Source: Eledone cirrhosa
Taxonomy: Eukaryota
Direction of reading: 5' to 3'
NCBI GenBank assembly: GCA_964016885.1
Contig: OZ024740.1
Coordinates: forward strand, 354,392,001 to 354,456,000
Length of the DNA: 64,000 nucleotides
The notes beneath the pieces were generated by a model. That model was not told the DNA's origin and made no database searches. It saw nothing but the letters and a program-made list of their open reading frames with translations. Positions within the stretch are counted from its first letter, which is position 1. Each line of letters starts with the position of its first letter. A program made the translations under genes and the position numbers. Of the stretch, positions 12,462 through 25,747 are shown piece after piece.

Positions 12462-13817
12462 CTGAGAAAGAAAAACGAAATGGTATGATGCAATTACAAT
12501 TTATTTAGTCTGAAAGGCTTAGTCTTAAAGAATTAAAATTAAGATTGTGTACAGATTGTATGCAATAGTAATAAGTTTATAATAAGAATGCAGCAGCAGA
12601 TTTAAAGGATAGGAGAGCTAAATTATACCAACTCATGTCATTATAATACATTATTTACTCATAACCATATAAAGGTGTTATGACTGTGTTTGTGTGTGGT
12701 GGTTGTTATATGGTGTATTAAAGGTACGTTAGTCTGGCAAAGTTCATGCCTCTTGAAACATGAAACTTTGGAGGATTTTAACTCAGTAATGGAAAGTAGA
12801 ATATAAGTTTCATATTCTTCTATAAGGAAATAATCATACAAACATACAAACACAAAAAAACACTCATCAGATTTACAATGTTCCTGCTGCCTAATGTTTT
12901 GAGAATTAAGCCTTATCTGCATTTATTTTCAGATTTACAGAGAAGTGAAGTAGACCATTTAAGAGTTAGATATTTTTTGTTACAGATTCAGCACACCTAC
13001 AAATTATGGGACCATCATATGATTGTTCATTGTGCAACCAAATCAGAAAACTGCAGTTTTGAAATATATAAAGACAAAGTATGCAAAAATATATTTTGTT
13101 TTAACTTATATTTGCTGTATGCATGTGAACATGGAATAAATAAGATCGGGTTTTTCAGACAGAGAAGCAATATATTATACTGAATTCTATTCTAGGTAAA
13201 ATAAAATTTTATGAAAAATTGGAATTAATATAAATATTCTTATCCCCACTCTCATAATCATCAGCACCACCATCATCATCATCATTTAATGTCTGTTTTC
13301 TTTTCTAGTGAGAGTTAGACAGGTTGTCACAGGCAAAGTCCATACTTAATCAGAGCTACTGACCTCTCAGATGGCCTGGGAGCTGCATCTTGTTTACACA
13401 GGTTCATGTAATCTACAGAGTGCATCATGTGCATTTTATCATGGAACCAACACTACAAAGGTTGTCATCCCCTTGACACAACTGAAGAGTCCTTTGATCC
13501 GTTTTTAGCAAGGTTACTATGGTTGGATGCTCCTTTCACCATTCACCTTAGAAGATGTATTGGGTGCATTTTTCATAGCACCAGACCTAAAAAGTTTGCC
13601 ATGTCATGACTGAAGAGCCCTCTCAGCTCATTGGCTTAGTTTCTACAGCTAGAAGCCCTTCCTAACACCAACCACTTTACAGAGTGTACTGAGTACATTT
13701 TATAGTTGCACAAGCACTAGGTAGGTTGTCAGTCATTGATTTGACAGAAGAGCCAGCCCTTCCTACTCTATGGAAGGTTGGGGGGGGGGGGGATAAGATA
13801 TCCTGAAAAATATTTTT

Positions 13818-14995
13818 TGTAAAAGTTGGCGTCCATCAGGGCTCTGTTCTCAGCCCACTACTATTTATTATTGCCCTTCAGGCTATAACAGAGGAGTTCA
13901 AGACAGGCTGCCCATGGGAACTCCTATACGCAGACGACCTGACACTCATAGCGGAATCAATGGCCGAGCTAGAGAAGAAATTCCAAACATGGAAGCACGG
14001 CCTAGAGTCAAAAGGACTTAAAATTAACCTGGCTAAGACCAAAGTACTAGTTTGTAGGAAAGAAAACAAGGCGGCGGTCCCTTCTGGGAAATGGTCGTGC
14101 TCGGTGTGTAGGAAAGGCGTAGGTAGAAACTCCATTTTATGTCCTAAATGCAAAGTATGGGTGCATAAAAGATGTAGTGGGATCACAGGTAAGCTAACTA
14201 AGAACATAGATTTTACATGTGGCCGGTGCTCTGGTGCAATAAGTAGCAGCAAGTGCCCACAAACTACTAGCTCTTTCAATTGCGCAGAGGGTTCTATAGA
14301 AATAGTGGACAGCTTCCGTTACCTGGGCGATAAAATCAGCAGTGGGGGAGGGTGCTCTGAAAGTACTGTAGCTAGAGTCAGAACTGGTTGGAAAAAGTTC
14401 AGAGAGCTTATACCACTATTAGCTGCTAAAGGGTTCCCACTAAAAATGAAAGGCAGGTTGTACGATGCCTGCATACGAACAGCAATGCTGCATGGCAGTG
14501 AGACCTGGGCATTGTGTGCAGAGGATATACGCAGACTAGAGAGGAACGAAGCTTGCATGCTCCGCTGGATGTGTAACAGTAATATACGTGAACGGCAAAG
14601 CATAAACGAACTAAGGAAAAAATTAGAGATAAGAGGGATCAGATGTTGTTTACTCGAGAGAAGGCTACGTTGGTATGGACACGTGATGCGCATGAAAGTC
14701 GATAGCTGTATAACAAAGTGCAGGGCAATAAAGATAGACGGTAGTCACGGAATAGGCAGACCTAGAAAAACCTGGGACGAGCTGATAAACTCCGACATCA
14801 CACACTTACACCTCTCCAAGACAATGTCACTGGACCGAGACCTTTGGCGGTACTCAGTAACAGAGAAGACCCGCCTTACCTAAATATATAGTAAAACCTA
14901 CTCCAGCCAGTAGGCATCTCTAACAAAATACACCAAACCGTCCAAACCCATGCAAGCGTGGAACACGGACGTTAAACGTTGATGATGATGATGAT
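13818..14995 (+). mobile_element. 5'-truncated RTE-clade LINE (copy B) with uninterrupted C-terminal ORF and PHD finger
   Basis: VGVHQGSVLSPLLF...LLYADDL RT motifs, C4HC3 finger, FRYLG, ORF ends at 14883. 3'UTR is internally deleted relative to copy A; (GAT)n tail. Confidence 0.95.
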
Positions 14996-15022
14996 TCAGA
15001 AGAATAAATATATTCAACTTAC

Positions 15023-15106
15023 AAGTTCTTCAATTAGAACCAAATTCTGTAATAAATATTTTATGTCTAACTTCTGTTTGGTATTCTCAGATGCATATTT
15101 CTCAAG
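15023..15106 (-). CDS. ABCA1: ABCA1-like exon (ECD1)
   Basis: GTATTTCAG/GTAAGT ends, 84 nt, LEKYASENTKQKLDIKYLLQNLVLIEEL, phase 0 to 0. Too short for the ORF track; size is close to the equivalent ABCA1 exon. Confidence 0.8.
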
Positions 15107-15766
15107 CTGAAATACAAAAGATAAACTGTACTGTACACCATAATCCACATAATTGTATTTATAAATAAGAGTTATATTACATTAGTTTTTAAAGATAGTA
15201 GAGAGAGGAAGAAAAAGAAAGTGTGAGAGAGAGAATATACCATTTATATATGGTATTAGAATAAATCACTATCTGCATATAAGTAGTGAAGGTCAAACCT
15301 ATTATTCAAGTGACATTCAAGCTGTGACCATCTCACCTTTATATTGATCTTCTTGTGCTAAAAATTTATATTCATTATATTGGTTCCATTTTTTAAAGAC
15401 TACAGACAACCAAAATTCTGCCATAACAACAAAGTTAATTGCTCCACAGAATCTAAATATTGTGCTGGATTAATACAAGCCCAAAATTAATCCAAAACTG
15501 ACACAAACTAACAGAATCAACTTTGCCAACTGGCATACATGGAAAACATGATCTGTGGGTTGTGCCTAGTCATTTAGGCAAACAACTTGCATGTCTTACA
15601 ACTGTTACATCAGAGCTGACTTTAAGCAACACAACATCTCTTCTGCAATGACTTTGGTATTTGATCATATAAGAACAGATAGGAAAGCAATATATTTTGA
15701 CTGCACACTGCATTCAATGCAAGCAGTCACTGCATGGTGGTGTGTGTAGTTCAAACCCAACTGAAA

Positions 15767-15971
15767 TTAACTTTTTTAGCATTTATATTGCTCTATATTT
15801 ACTATTATATTTTCACATACTATTATATAGATCACATAATATCGAATCTGAGATTTTGATATTATTTATTTTGAGAACATAACCTTAACATCAGTATGAA
15901 TGGCTGGTTACAGCCAGTTTGAACAGGAAGAGGTGAGCTGGATATAGCTGGTTTAAATGCTAAAGAGTTAA
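15767..15971. mobile_element. TTAA MITE family 1 copy
   Basis: Homologous to 1207-1431; TTAA at both ends. Confidence 0.65.
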
Positions 15972-16193
15972 ACCATGACATATTCAGAGAACAGAACTTA
16001 AGTTTAATCTATAACAAGTCAACAGGTACAAGTCAAAGCTTCAATATATTCCTTCCATCTATTATATCAACTTGTTTCAATCTCGGATGTATCCTATACA
16101 TAACTGCTGAGCTTTGAATTAATGGCTCCAAATTTACAAAACTCCTAGCACCAAAGAAACCAATATAAAAAAAAAATAGTTGAAAAAATTCCT

Positions 16194-16496
16194 TTAACCT
16201 TTTTATCACCATATTTCCAATGAAAGGCATGATCTTTGATTTTCACATAATATTGAAAATAATCAGGATCAGGAATTTGGAGGGATTTAGTAAAGTAACT
16301 AACATATTCATTGAACTGGTATTTAGAACATAGTTTCACAAATGTTTTGTTTTTATACAAATTATGATGGAAGGTTTTTAAATTATAAAGACTTTACAAA
16401 TAGTTTTATAATATAGAAGGCGTTTTGATAAACATAAACACATTACAACTAGGTTTTATTTTAGAACCAAGGATTTCTTGGTATCAAAAGGGTTAA
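16194..16496. mobile_element. TTAA MITE family 2 copy (reverse orientation)
   Basis: TTAACCTTTTTATCACCATATTT ... GGTATCAAAAGGGTTAA. Confidence 0.6.
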
Positions 16497-16855
16497 ATGC
16501 TGCTAAATTATTCTACCATCTATGTATTCAAAATATTGAAGAGACACAAAGACATAAACCTCACAACATTCGCTGAATGTGTATGATTTCTCTCTTTTGT
16601 TATGATTCAGATAAAAAACTAAAGCAAATCCACCTTGAAATGACAATTATATGCTTCGGTAGATGTGAAATGAAATGAAATTTACAGCTCACATCTATGT
16701 AGATTTAGCTGGCCTCCTATGAACTTGTATCTCATAGGAGGTTTCTTAGATGTTTTAATGATATATATATACTATATTATATTAAATGCTAGCTATAGTT
16801 CTCATAAATAAAGGAAAATTCAATTCTTCTGGTTCAATTTCATCTAATTACTTAC

Positions 16856-17134
16856 TTCTCCAACAAATTTGATCCAACTGAAATTATCTTGAAAATCTTT
16901 AAGCAACAGCAATGCTTGCTGTTGAGTAAGATTTTGACATAATTCCTTCTGGACTCGAACTGCTGATAAAGGATCCTGGAAGGTTAACACTTTTGTTAAC
17001 ATACTTTCATTACAAATGGAATCATATAGCATCTGGATATTGTTTGGATTTTGAAGAATATCAGCCCTCTGTGTCACAATATGCTGAATATCATTAATCC
17101 ATTTAACTGTTCCAACATCTTCTCTTTCAGAAAT
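16856..17134 (-). CDS. ABCA1: ABCA1-like exon (ECD1)
   Basis: TTTGTTAG/GTAAGT ends, 279 nt open frame: ISEREDVG...YDSICNESML...KELCQNLT...WIKFVGE. The Cys pair resembles ABCA1 SLCNGS...ELCGL. Phase 0 to 0. Confidence 0.88.
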
Positions 17135-20100
17135 CTAACAAATAAAAAAGAATTGTAATTATTATCTTTAAAATTGTAGCAACCTTGAAACAAGTTTCTA
17201 TAGTTATTCATATTTGTGGTTTTATAATTTTACAATTTTATAATTTGGCTATGTAGATTTAATAAGTCCTTTGTTAACTTCAGTGGAAAATTCTTTTTAA
17301 AAATCCTGGTTAACTTTCTTGCATTCGTCTGTGGCGATTGTTAAACTGATCTAAGGTTGAAATGTATTGCTGTATATATAAGGAATTTGGGTGTGTCTGG
17401 GGAAGTGTCAATGAAAATAAAAGTAAAGGAAAGTTGATTAAAATTTAAAGGAATTGAAAAAATATATATACAAAATGATAAAAGTAAAGAGTAAAAACAA
17501 GATGATTGACTGACAGTGGGAGGTGTGGGGGATAAGGGAGCCAGATAAATAGTAAAATTATAAAATTATAAAACTGTAAAATTTTTTAATTAAATTGTTA
17601 ATTTGTAGTTTCTTAAATCTATTAAATACTTTCTGATTATTTGTAGGATGAATTTTTCCATAAGTTTACAAATTTTATTTGTTATACAACAGAACAAATT
17701 TTAGTTTAATAAGGACACAATTGAATTTTATTTTTATAAAGAGGATTGCCAAAAAATTGGGATATGGAAACTAATGGTATATTATACATACAAAAGGCTG
17801 TATGTAGATTTGAAGATATGGATATATGATAGTCACGTCTTTCTCAATGGCATTACTGATAAAAATGAAGTGAAATTGTTATTATCAGGTGTGAAATCTG
17901 ATTCAATACTTCGTGCTACAGTTTTTGCCACAATTTCTAGTTTGTCTAGAAATAATTATTTGGATACATACATCCTGTATAAGAAATGAAATCTTATAGC
18001 TACAAGAGGAGATCATTTTCACTATTACTGTGGAGTATTCTCCATTCCAAGTAATAAAGTTATTAATGCTTCATTTATTTTCATTTTATTTGTTTATTTC
18101 CTTTTTTTCTTTTGCTGAACAGCTAAATATTTATACTTAGAAAAACTTTTACTTTTGGGAAAATACATTGCATTGTATTAGATTATTGTAGATTAAACAA
18201 TATATATCTTTCTATGGGGAATCAGTGCAATAAATAAAGAGATATCAACAGACAAATGGAAATTAGTTTCAGATTCCATTTGTTAAAATGTAACCATCAT
18301 AACAGATATTTGGCTCCATATCAAAAGTAATGTTCAGTTTTATTATCTTTATTCTATAAAATTACATATATTTAAGGATCATTTTATCACAACATGAATC
18401 GATCTGCTATCCTCTGAGTACAATATAGTTAGAATTAGCTTCTATATTGCATTAATAAACTCAAAAGCTGATGTCTGTTGTTTTACAAGGTTTATTATTT
18501 TTTCATGCAGTTATTAATATATTCTGCATGCAAATTATATGTTTTATGAATACACTAACTGCAATGCTAAAAAATGATTTGACTACAATGCACTTATTAC
18601 ATCTTTGATCCTGTTATTCTTGCTCTGTGAAGTTCACCATTCCTAACTCTAGAAGAAATATGTATGATTTTTCATACATTGGGAAGAATGCTGCCAATAA
18701 TCAGTTTTACAATTATAGATGTATGTTATGATACTAATAAGATAGCTTCAGCAAAAACAAGCAATTACTTGTCATGTCATAATATTATTTTAACATTTTG
18801 TTAACATTTTGGAAAATGAAAACAAGAATCTTTTTTCCAGGGTAGGAAATTTTAATGAATATATTTTTTTATCAACTATTTGAAAAATTTTAAGTTGATA
18901 AAACCAAGAACAGAAAGATAAAAGTATTGGAATTAAAATCTAAAATTCAACTTTAGATTTTTTAAAATTTCAAGTTGCTTACATTTTCAATTTTTATTAA
19001 TTTGGAATTACAAAAGGAAATAGGAAAAAGAAAACATATTTGAATTAATATTAATTCTAAACCCTAGTTTATACAAATAACTCTGTTTAATATTTCAAAT
19101 GATATAAAACACTTGCTTGAATCAAATGTATGAAAAAAGTATAATTATATCATAATATACAAAGAACGTATAATTATGTCTGATATTATTTCATATGCTT
19201 GGTGATATAAAACATTTTAATCAAATATATAAAGTATTGGTATCTATAAATACAAAGGTGAAAGGAAGATTAGTTTCCATGTTAAATGGAAAAATTTCAT
19301 GATTTCACATAAAAGGGGAAAGCTACCATATGGTCTTCAATGAATAGAACTTGACATATCTTAATCTTATTTGCAAAATCTATGGCTTTAACAGGGATCT
19401 TATTGACTACTTTTGACAGGAAGCAACCTGAGCCATAGGAAAAATATCACTGTTCTCTGCCAACTTAAGAAGTCCAATAACTAACAAGGTATAAAACTAC
19501 TTAAGTATCCTCAGCCCAATAAAAAAAAATCAATAAAGTAGCTCCTTAGTAATCTTTTCAGTTCTTACGGGTAAGGAATGAGAAATTCAATACTTTGCTA
19601 GAATCCTTTGTTTTCTGCATATACCAGATGTTTATTTATCAAGTTTAAGGAAAATCAATTGAGAAAATCTATTGAACTAAATGTAGGAGTTTTACATACA
19701 AATAGAAGTGATTTAATATCAGTTTGACTTTAAATGTAAAAAAAAAAAAGTTTTTTTTTTGTTTTGGTTTTCTTTTTTAAAACTGCAACTCTTTTATATA
19801 AACTTTAGTTACTTAGAGGTGAGTAAAAGCTATTTCAATAATTAGGATTACCACAAGACCTGGAAATAGACACTATTTCTTTAGTTGAAGCCAATAATGG
19901 TTCATGTTACAATAGAAATAACTTGCAATAATAAAATTATATCAATTACTTTAATTAAAAGAAAGAATTTTAAATAGTTGAAATTGCAGTGATGTTATCC
20001 ATGGTTGGGAGAGCGAGTCTCATAATCTAATGGTCCACTAGATTAACACTGAATTCTTTGACTTTCTGTTGTATACACAATTCTGTTTAATTGCATACTG

Positions 20101-20184
20101 GATAGTTGCATAATTTTGTTTATTGCATAACTTTAAACACAAAACTATTTCATATGAAATTTATAAAAATCTGAAGAGTTAATA

Positions 20185-21002
20185 TAAAGTCTGTCAAAAA
20201 AGTATTTGAATTTAGTCTGGGGAAAACGTATACATTTGGTAAGTTTCAATTCCCCTTGTACCTCCACACATTTAGCCCAGCAATCCTTCTACTGTTCAAA
20301 GCATGTCTTAAATGCTTCTTCCGAAATATCCCTTAGCTCTGCCATCACAATTTGAATGATGTTCTTTCAGTTCTCAAAGCCTTTCAGTGGCATGTTTATT
20401 TTGTCATAAGAGGCCATGTCTAGAGAGTAAAAAGCCTGGTGAATGAGAAAAAGTTTGCTTATTCACCAGACTTTCTTTGCTAAGAAACCTTGGATCAGCT
20501 GCAACAAATGAGATAGGGTGTTGTTGTGATGGAGCTACTAGTTTTGCAAAACCTACAGAGCTACACTCTTAAACTAAACTGCATTATGAGGACACCGGAA
20601 GACTTTTGTGTGTATTTATCATGCAGAGCACCCCAATATACAAGAACAGACAACACCCCCCCTCGATTTTTTTTTCAATACCTGACATGCTCTTTTGGGC
20701 CTAGGCAATGTTAGATGCTGCCATTGTGGTGACCAAGCTTTGGTTTTCCAGATCATACCCATACACCCACATCTCATCTCTAGTTATCATGGTATTCAGG
20801 AATTCAGGTTCCTTGTTGGCAATATCAGGTGAAATGAAAATATGACAAATAAATAGTACAGTACTGCATACACTGGCTGCCTGAGAGTGATTGACACATC
20901 CAGTGAGCTTGGCAAAAACTATGTATGCACACTTTTGTCTTCCTAATGTCACTACTTTCAACAGAAAAAGATAAACTTGAATATTTTTTGGGACAGATTT
21001 CA
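20185..21002 (-). mobile_element. Decayed, internally deleted mariner transposon
   Basis: Minus-strand remnants FLNTMITRDEMWVYGYD (cf. ITGDETWVYGYD), LHHNN (LHHDNA) and YSLDMA (YSPDLA). Imperfect TIRs TAAAGTCTGTCAAAAAAGTATT / AATATTTTTTGGGACAGATTTCA, flanked by TA. Confidence 0.75.
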
Positions 21003-21396
21003 TATGTATAAGAATAATTTTGATTAATCAAATAAACTTTTTCTCTATTTTTCATCAACTAACACTGAAAGTTTTGATTTTATGTAGTACAGTCAATTCT
21101 GCTTAATTTCATACCTGATGTTTGCATGATTTGGTTTATTGTAGAGCATTAAACACCAAACCATTTAACATGGAATCTATAGAAAACTAATAAGTTAATA
21201 TGCAAATAATATTAATTCTGATTAATTAAATAAACATTTTTTCAAATTTTCAGAAAAATAAATTAGTGAAATGTAGAGTAAAATTTAATATTTATATGAT
21301 TTGACATGAACAAAATAATTCTGGCAACCTCTGTTTTCATAATGAGTTAAAATGGCTGCTGTTGGTACCTGATGTTTACAAAGCATTATTATTTGA

Positions 21397-21582
21397 GTGG
21401 ATTGGCAGTATTGGTAGAGAGTTGGACACCATGCTTTGCAGCATAGAGTCACGGCCCCTTACGCTCTAAGTTCAAATCCCGCCGAGGTTAACTTTACCTT
21501 TCATCCTTACAGGGTCGACAAAATAAAGTACCAGTAATGCACTGGGATAATTACTGGCCTTGTGCCAAAAGTAGAAACAATT
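21397..21582 (+). mobile_element. Young tRNA-derived SINE (family S1)
   Basis: A box TGGCAGTATTGGTAG, B box GTTCAAATCC, core CCTTTCATCCTTAC(A/G)GGGTCGA(C/T)AAAATAAAGTACCAG, tail GTAGAAACAATT. Confidence 0.9.
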
Positions 21583-21597
21583 ATTATTTGAATGAAT

Positions 21598-21781
21598 AGG
21601 GTGGTGGATTGGCAGTATCGGTAGAGAGTCGGACACCATGCTTTCCAGTATAGTTACGTCCCTTTACGGTCCGAGTTCAAATCCCACCGAGGTTAACCTT
21701 TCATCCTTACGGGGTCGATAAAATAAAGTACCAGTAATATACTGAGTAATTACTGGCCTTGTGCCAAAAGTAGAAACAATC
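21598..21781 (+). mobile_element. SINE S1, tandem copy with a 14-bp TSD
   Basis: Full copy flanked by ATTATTTGAATGAA at 21583-21596 and 21782-21795. Confidence 0.9.
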
Positions 21782-22676
21782 ATTATTTGAATGAAATGTA
21801 TTCATGTTACTCTTACTATGTCAAGGAATCAAAAACGATTGACGTTCAGATTCCAGTGTATTCTTACTTTGTTTTTAATTGTGTAATATTTTTCAATAAA
21901 TGAATCTTCATTGTAGATAAAAATATATAAAAAGAAAATTCTTAATCAAGTAGTGAAAGGTTGTGATATTTTAGTTTTCATTATTGACTACATTAGCCTG
22001 TAATTTCCAAATTAAACAGTTCTTAATCTGCATGATTGTAGCTGTTATTATTTCATAACTTAAAGCATGTAAAAACCATTGTTAAGATGTATGAATCTGG
22101 TTAAACTTGAGTTACTGAAGAATACCAAAGGGGAATTTAAAAAACTCAGAGGGGATAAGTTAAATCATTATCATATCAATATATATCAATAATAGCTTGA
22201 ATTGAGTAGAACAAAAGTATACTGTGTACACAAAATGTACTGTAAGTTAAAAAAATGTTTTATAATTATAAGAATTAGAAAACTCATTGCTAGAACAGCC
22301 GTTAAAATAGCTAAATGCTGTCAAAGACATTGATGGAAAAAATGGCTCAGAAGACAGCGACCAGCAGCCAGTGATCAACAGAGAGACAATCCACAAGGTG
22401 GGTGACAAGCAGATGAAATATAGAAAAGATTGAAAAAAGGAAGAGGACAAGGAGAAGTGTGTTGACGCACAGAAGTGACACGGAAGAGGAAATAAAGAAA
22501 AGCGATGTACAAGACAAGTTTACACACATACATCTCCACCCTCATCAGCTCTCAAACCAGCAAAATTGTTTCACATGATTTAATTGAGAGTATCAGTTTA
22601 AAATGCTGGATCATGCCACAGAAAAATAAATCTTTCTGCTAGTATGATGTGTGTATGGTGTTTCATTATATAATAG

Positions 22677-22790
22677 TGAGTTCAAATCCCGCCGAGGTTA
22701 ACTTTGCCTTTCATCCTTACGGGGTCGATAAAATAAAGTACCAGTAATGCACTGGGTAATTGCTGGCCTTGCGCCAAAAAGTAGAAACAA
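22677..22790 (+). mobile_element. 5'-truncated SINE S1
   Basis: Starts at the B box. TSD ATTATATAATA at 22665-22675 and 22790-22800. Confidence 0.88.
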
Positions 22791-23574
22791 TTATATAATA
22801 CATACATGTATAACATAGCCACACTAACTATAGATAATATATTGAAATCTCATAATTTGTCACCTACTACGTGAATGCAGAGATTGAAATTCTTATGCAA
22901 TCACTGAGTCCCTGTAATAAAGCAGAATAACTTTATGCAGCAAGTAAGTCAGCCTAGTCTAGTCCAACCATCTAGCTAAACTCATGGTAGATGCTGAACT
23001 TAGTAAAATATTTTCTTAAAATATATTTATTAACCATATGGAAAGTAACATAGCTAGCTATGCTGTTTGATCCACTAAGAGCAGACCCTTATCATTTTAC
23101 TTCTACTTCTCATTCAACAATTTCATTGTACCACTTTCAGGCCTTCTTTTCCCCACAATCACAATACATCACTGCCATATCAATCATATTTTCATCAATG
23201 TTATTCTATTCTGCTTCATATAAATATATTGGATTGCTGTTCAGAACACTTCATTATTCTCAACCTTACAACACAAAACATTAGTGAACCTCTTACTTTA
23301 AGCTTCTCTTCTGACTAGATATACTTTATAACTTGCTTCACAACTAGCTTCTTGATATTATTTCCTGCTTTCCACTTCTAGTTGTCACTTCACTCTTATA
23401 GCACTTTTCACTGTTCTTCTCCACCTACATATCATTTGCTGCTAAGCTGGACACTAATCCATCCTGAAAACTGATCAATTGTTTACAGCCTGTTATCTCT
23501 TTAGAACTCTAAGTTATTATCTATATTACAGTTCTCTTTTTCCTCCTTCACATTATTGACACAGACATCTTTTA

Positions 23575-23763
23575 ATAATTGTTTTTACTTTTTGGCACAA
23601 GGCCACCAATTACCCAGTGTATTACTGGTACTTTATTTTATCGACCCCGTAACGATGAAAGGCAAAGTTAACCTCAGCAGGATTTGAACTCAGAATGGCA
23701 AGGGACGTAACTCTATGCGTCAAAGCATGGCGTCCGACCCTCTACCGATACTGCCAATCCACC
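23575..23763 (-). mobile_element. SINE S1 (reverse)
   Basis: Reverse complement of the S1 consensus. Confidence 0.9.
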
Positions 23764-24217
23764 AATAATGTTTGAAAGTTACATCAAACAGACAGATTTT
23801 TCAGCTTTCTTCTTATACTTGTTTTTTTCTTCCAAGTCTATATCATCCTCAGCCTAAATCTCTTAACCACTTGTCTATGTGGTGTTACATTATTCACCAG
23901 AAAAGCATTCAATATTTATAATCATCTACCCATATAAGTTTCTTGTAGGTTGGCTTGCTTGCTTGTTTGTGATATTGCAAATGGCTTACATTTGCATTAC
24001 AGAACTCCAAGAAGACTGGTCCCTTTTCCTTTATTTTACCATAACCATATTTTCCAATATACGGTACTGTAGTCCCCCTGGTTTTTCTAAATTAAATTAT
24101 TAAAATTCTCAAAGCTTTTCTTTTAGTTTACTCAACTATAAGAACATACATTCACACTTAGAAAATATCTGAAAAATTAACTTTATTTTTTAATTAAATT
24201 TATTTTTTAAAACTTAC

Positions 24218-24357
24218 CATTTTAACAAATGAAACAAGGTTGATGGATGAATTCTCTAGTTCTGCAAGTGCTGAAGGAGTGATGTTAATTTTCTGCTGGG
24301 TAACCATACGCTGAATTTTTCCAGGATCAATTAACATTTTACTAATTTGTAGATTAC
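24218..24357 (-). CDS. ABCA1: ABCA1-like exon (ECD1)
   Basis: ATTCAG/GTAAGT ends, 140 nt. NLQISKMLIDPGKIQRMVTQQKINITPSALAELENSSINLVSFVKM, cf. ABCA1 NLKLQDFLVDNETF. Phase 1 to 0. Confidence 0.87.
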
Positions 24358-24459
24358 CTGAATTCAAAACCAGAGTGGAAAATATATATTGTGAAATCTT
24401 TGATACAGGTATACTTACAAATTTTTATATAATAAGCCTCACTGCAAAATGTAAACATA

Positions 24460-24536
24460 CGGGGTGTCCCCAAAAATGTATACACACTTCAACAACATTC
24501 TAATAAAAGTGTGTATACATTTTTGGGGACACCCTG
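24460..24536. mobile_element. 77-bp Tc1/mariner-type MITE
   Basis: 30-bp TIRs C(G/A)GGGTGTCCCCAAAAATGTATACACACTT with 1 mismatch, 17-nt spacer, TA on both sides. Confidence 0.85.
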
Positions 24537-25164
24537 TATTTTTATTATTTCTTTGTAGGCAGAAAAATATTGGGGTTTGATCACACTAGTTTCATTTCTA
24601 CAAGGAAATTCATCAGAGAAGTTCCCTTATTATTTATCTACAGAAAGATGGATAGCTTATAGTTATTTATATCAAAAACTAACCATGACTGAGGTGACAT
24701 AGCCACACTAATTTATATAACTGGGCATTCCTTGGCAATACTGTAAATTAATTAACTGATAATAATGTTTCACTATGAAATGTAAACAACATTTCTGTTT
24801 GTATATATTCCATACTTAAATAAACACTGTCAGTTTTTTTTAGCCCTATTCTATTATATATATATATATTTACATATTTACATATATATAAAATGTATGC
24901 ACATGATTTCGAGGTTAGAGTGTCTGGCTTATGATCACAAGGTCATGAGTTTGATTCACAATTTATTTCACATTGCTACAGTCTACTCAGCAGGTAAAAA
25001 TGAGGGCCATTTAATGGTGCCCATGTCAATGGAATGCTCAGTCACTTGTATGTTAATTTCACAAGCAAGCAGTTCCATTAAATTTCAAACAACTAGAACA
25101 CTCATTATCAGAACTAACGGAAGTTTTACACACATATACACACTCATGCACACACACACACATG

Positions 25165-25227
<63 letters not shown>

Positions 25228-25319
25228 TCTCAGACCGGGTGATGTGTTGTTTCCTTGAGCAAGACACTTTATTTCACATTGCTCCAGTTTACTCAGCTGT
25301 AGAAATGAGATGATAGGGA

Positions 25320-25513
25320 CTGGGGTCCCTATCATTCCACTGCAAAGTGGTCGTGGAGGTGCCACGGCAAAAAAGCACCCAGCACTCACTGTAAATGAGG
25401 TTGGTGTTAGGAAGGGCATCCAGCTGTAGAAATCAAGCCAGAATCAGTTCCCGTCCCACCCTTGCAAGCAGGGAAAAGTGGACGTAAAATGAAATGATGA
25501 TGATGATGATGAT
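25320..25513 (+). mobile_element. RTE 3'UTR-derived short element
   Basis: Near-identical to 56865-57005, ending in (GAT)n. Confidence 0.8.
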
Positions 25514-25521
25514 ATATATAT

Positions 25522-25699
25522 ATTGGCAGTATCGGTAGAGGTTCGGACGCCATGCTTTGACGCATAGAGTTACGGTCCTTGCCATTCTGAGTTCAAATCC
25601 CGCCGAGGTTAACTTTGCCTTTCATCCTTACGGGGTCGATAAAATAAAGTACCAGTAATGTACTGGGTAATTTTCTGGCCTTGTGCCAATAGTAGAAAC

Positions 25700-25703
<4 letters not shown>
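25522..25703 (+). mobile_element. SINE S1
   Basis: S1 consensus; left arm of an inverted pair. Confidence 0.9.

Positions 25704-25746
<43 letters not shown>

Positions 25747-25747
<1 letters not shown>

Noticed and set aside
21397-21490. tRNA genes at SINE heads
   Set aside because: A and B boxes are present, but there is no full cloverleaf and each continues into a SINE core and tail with TSDs.
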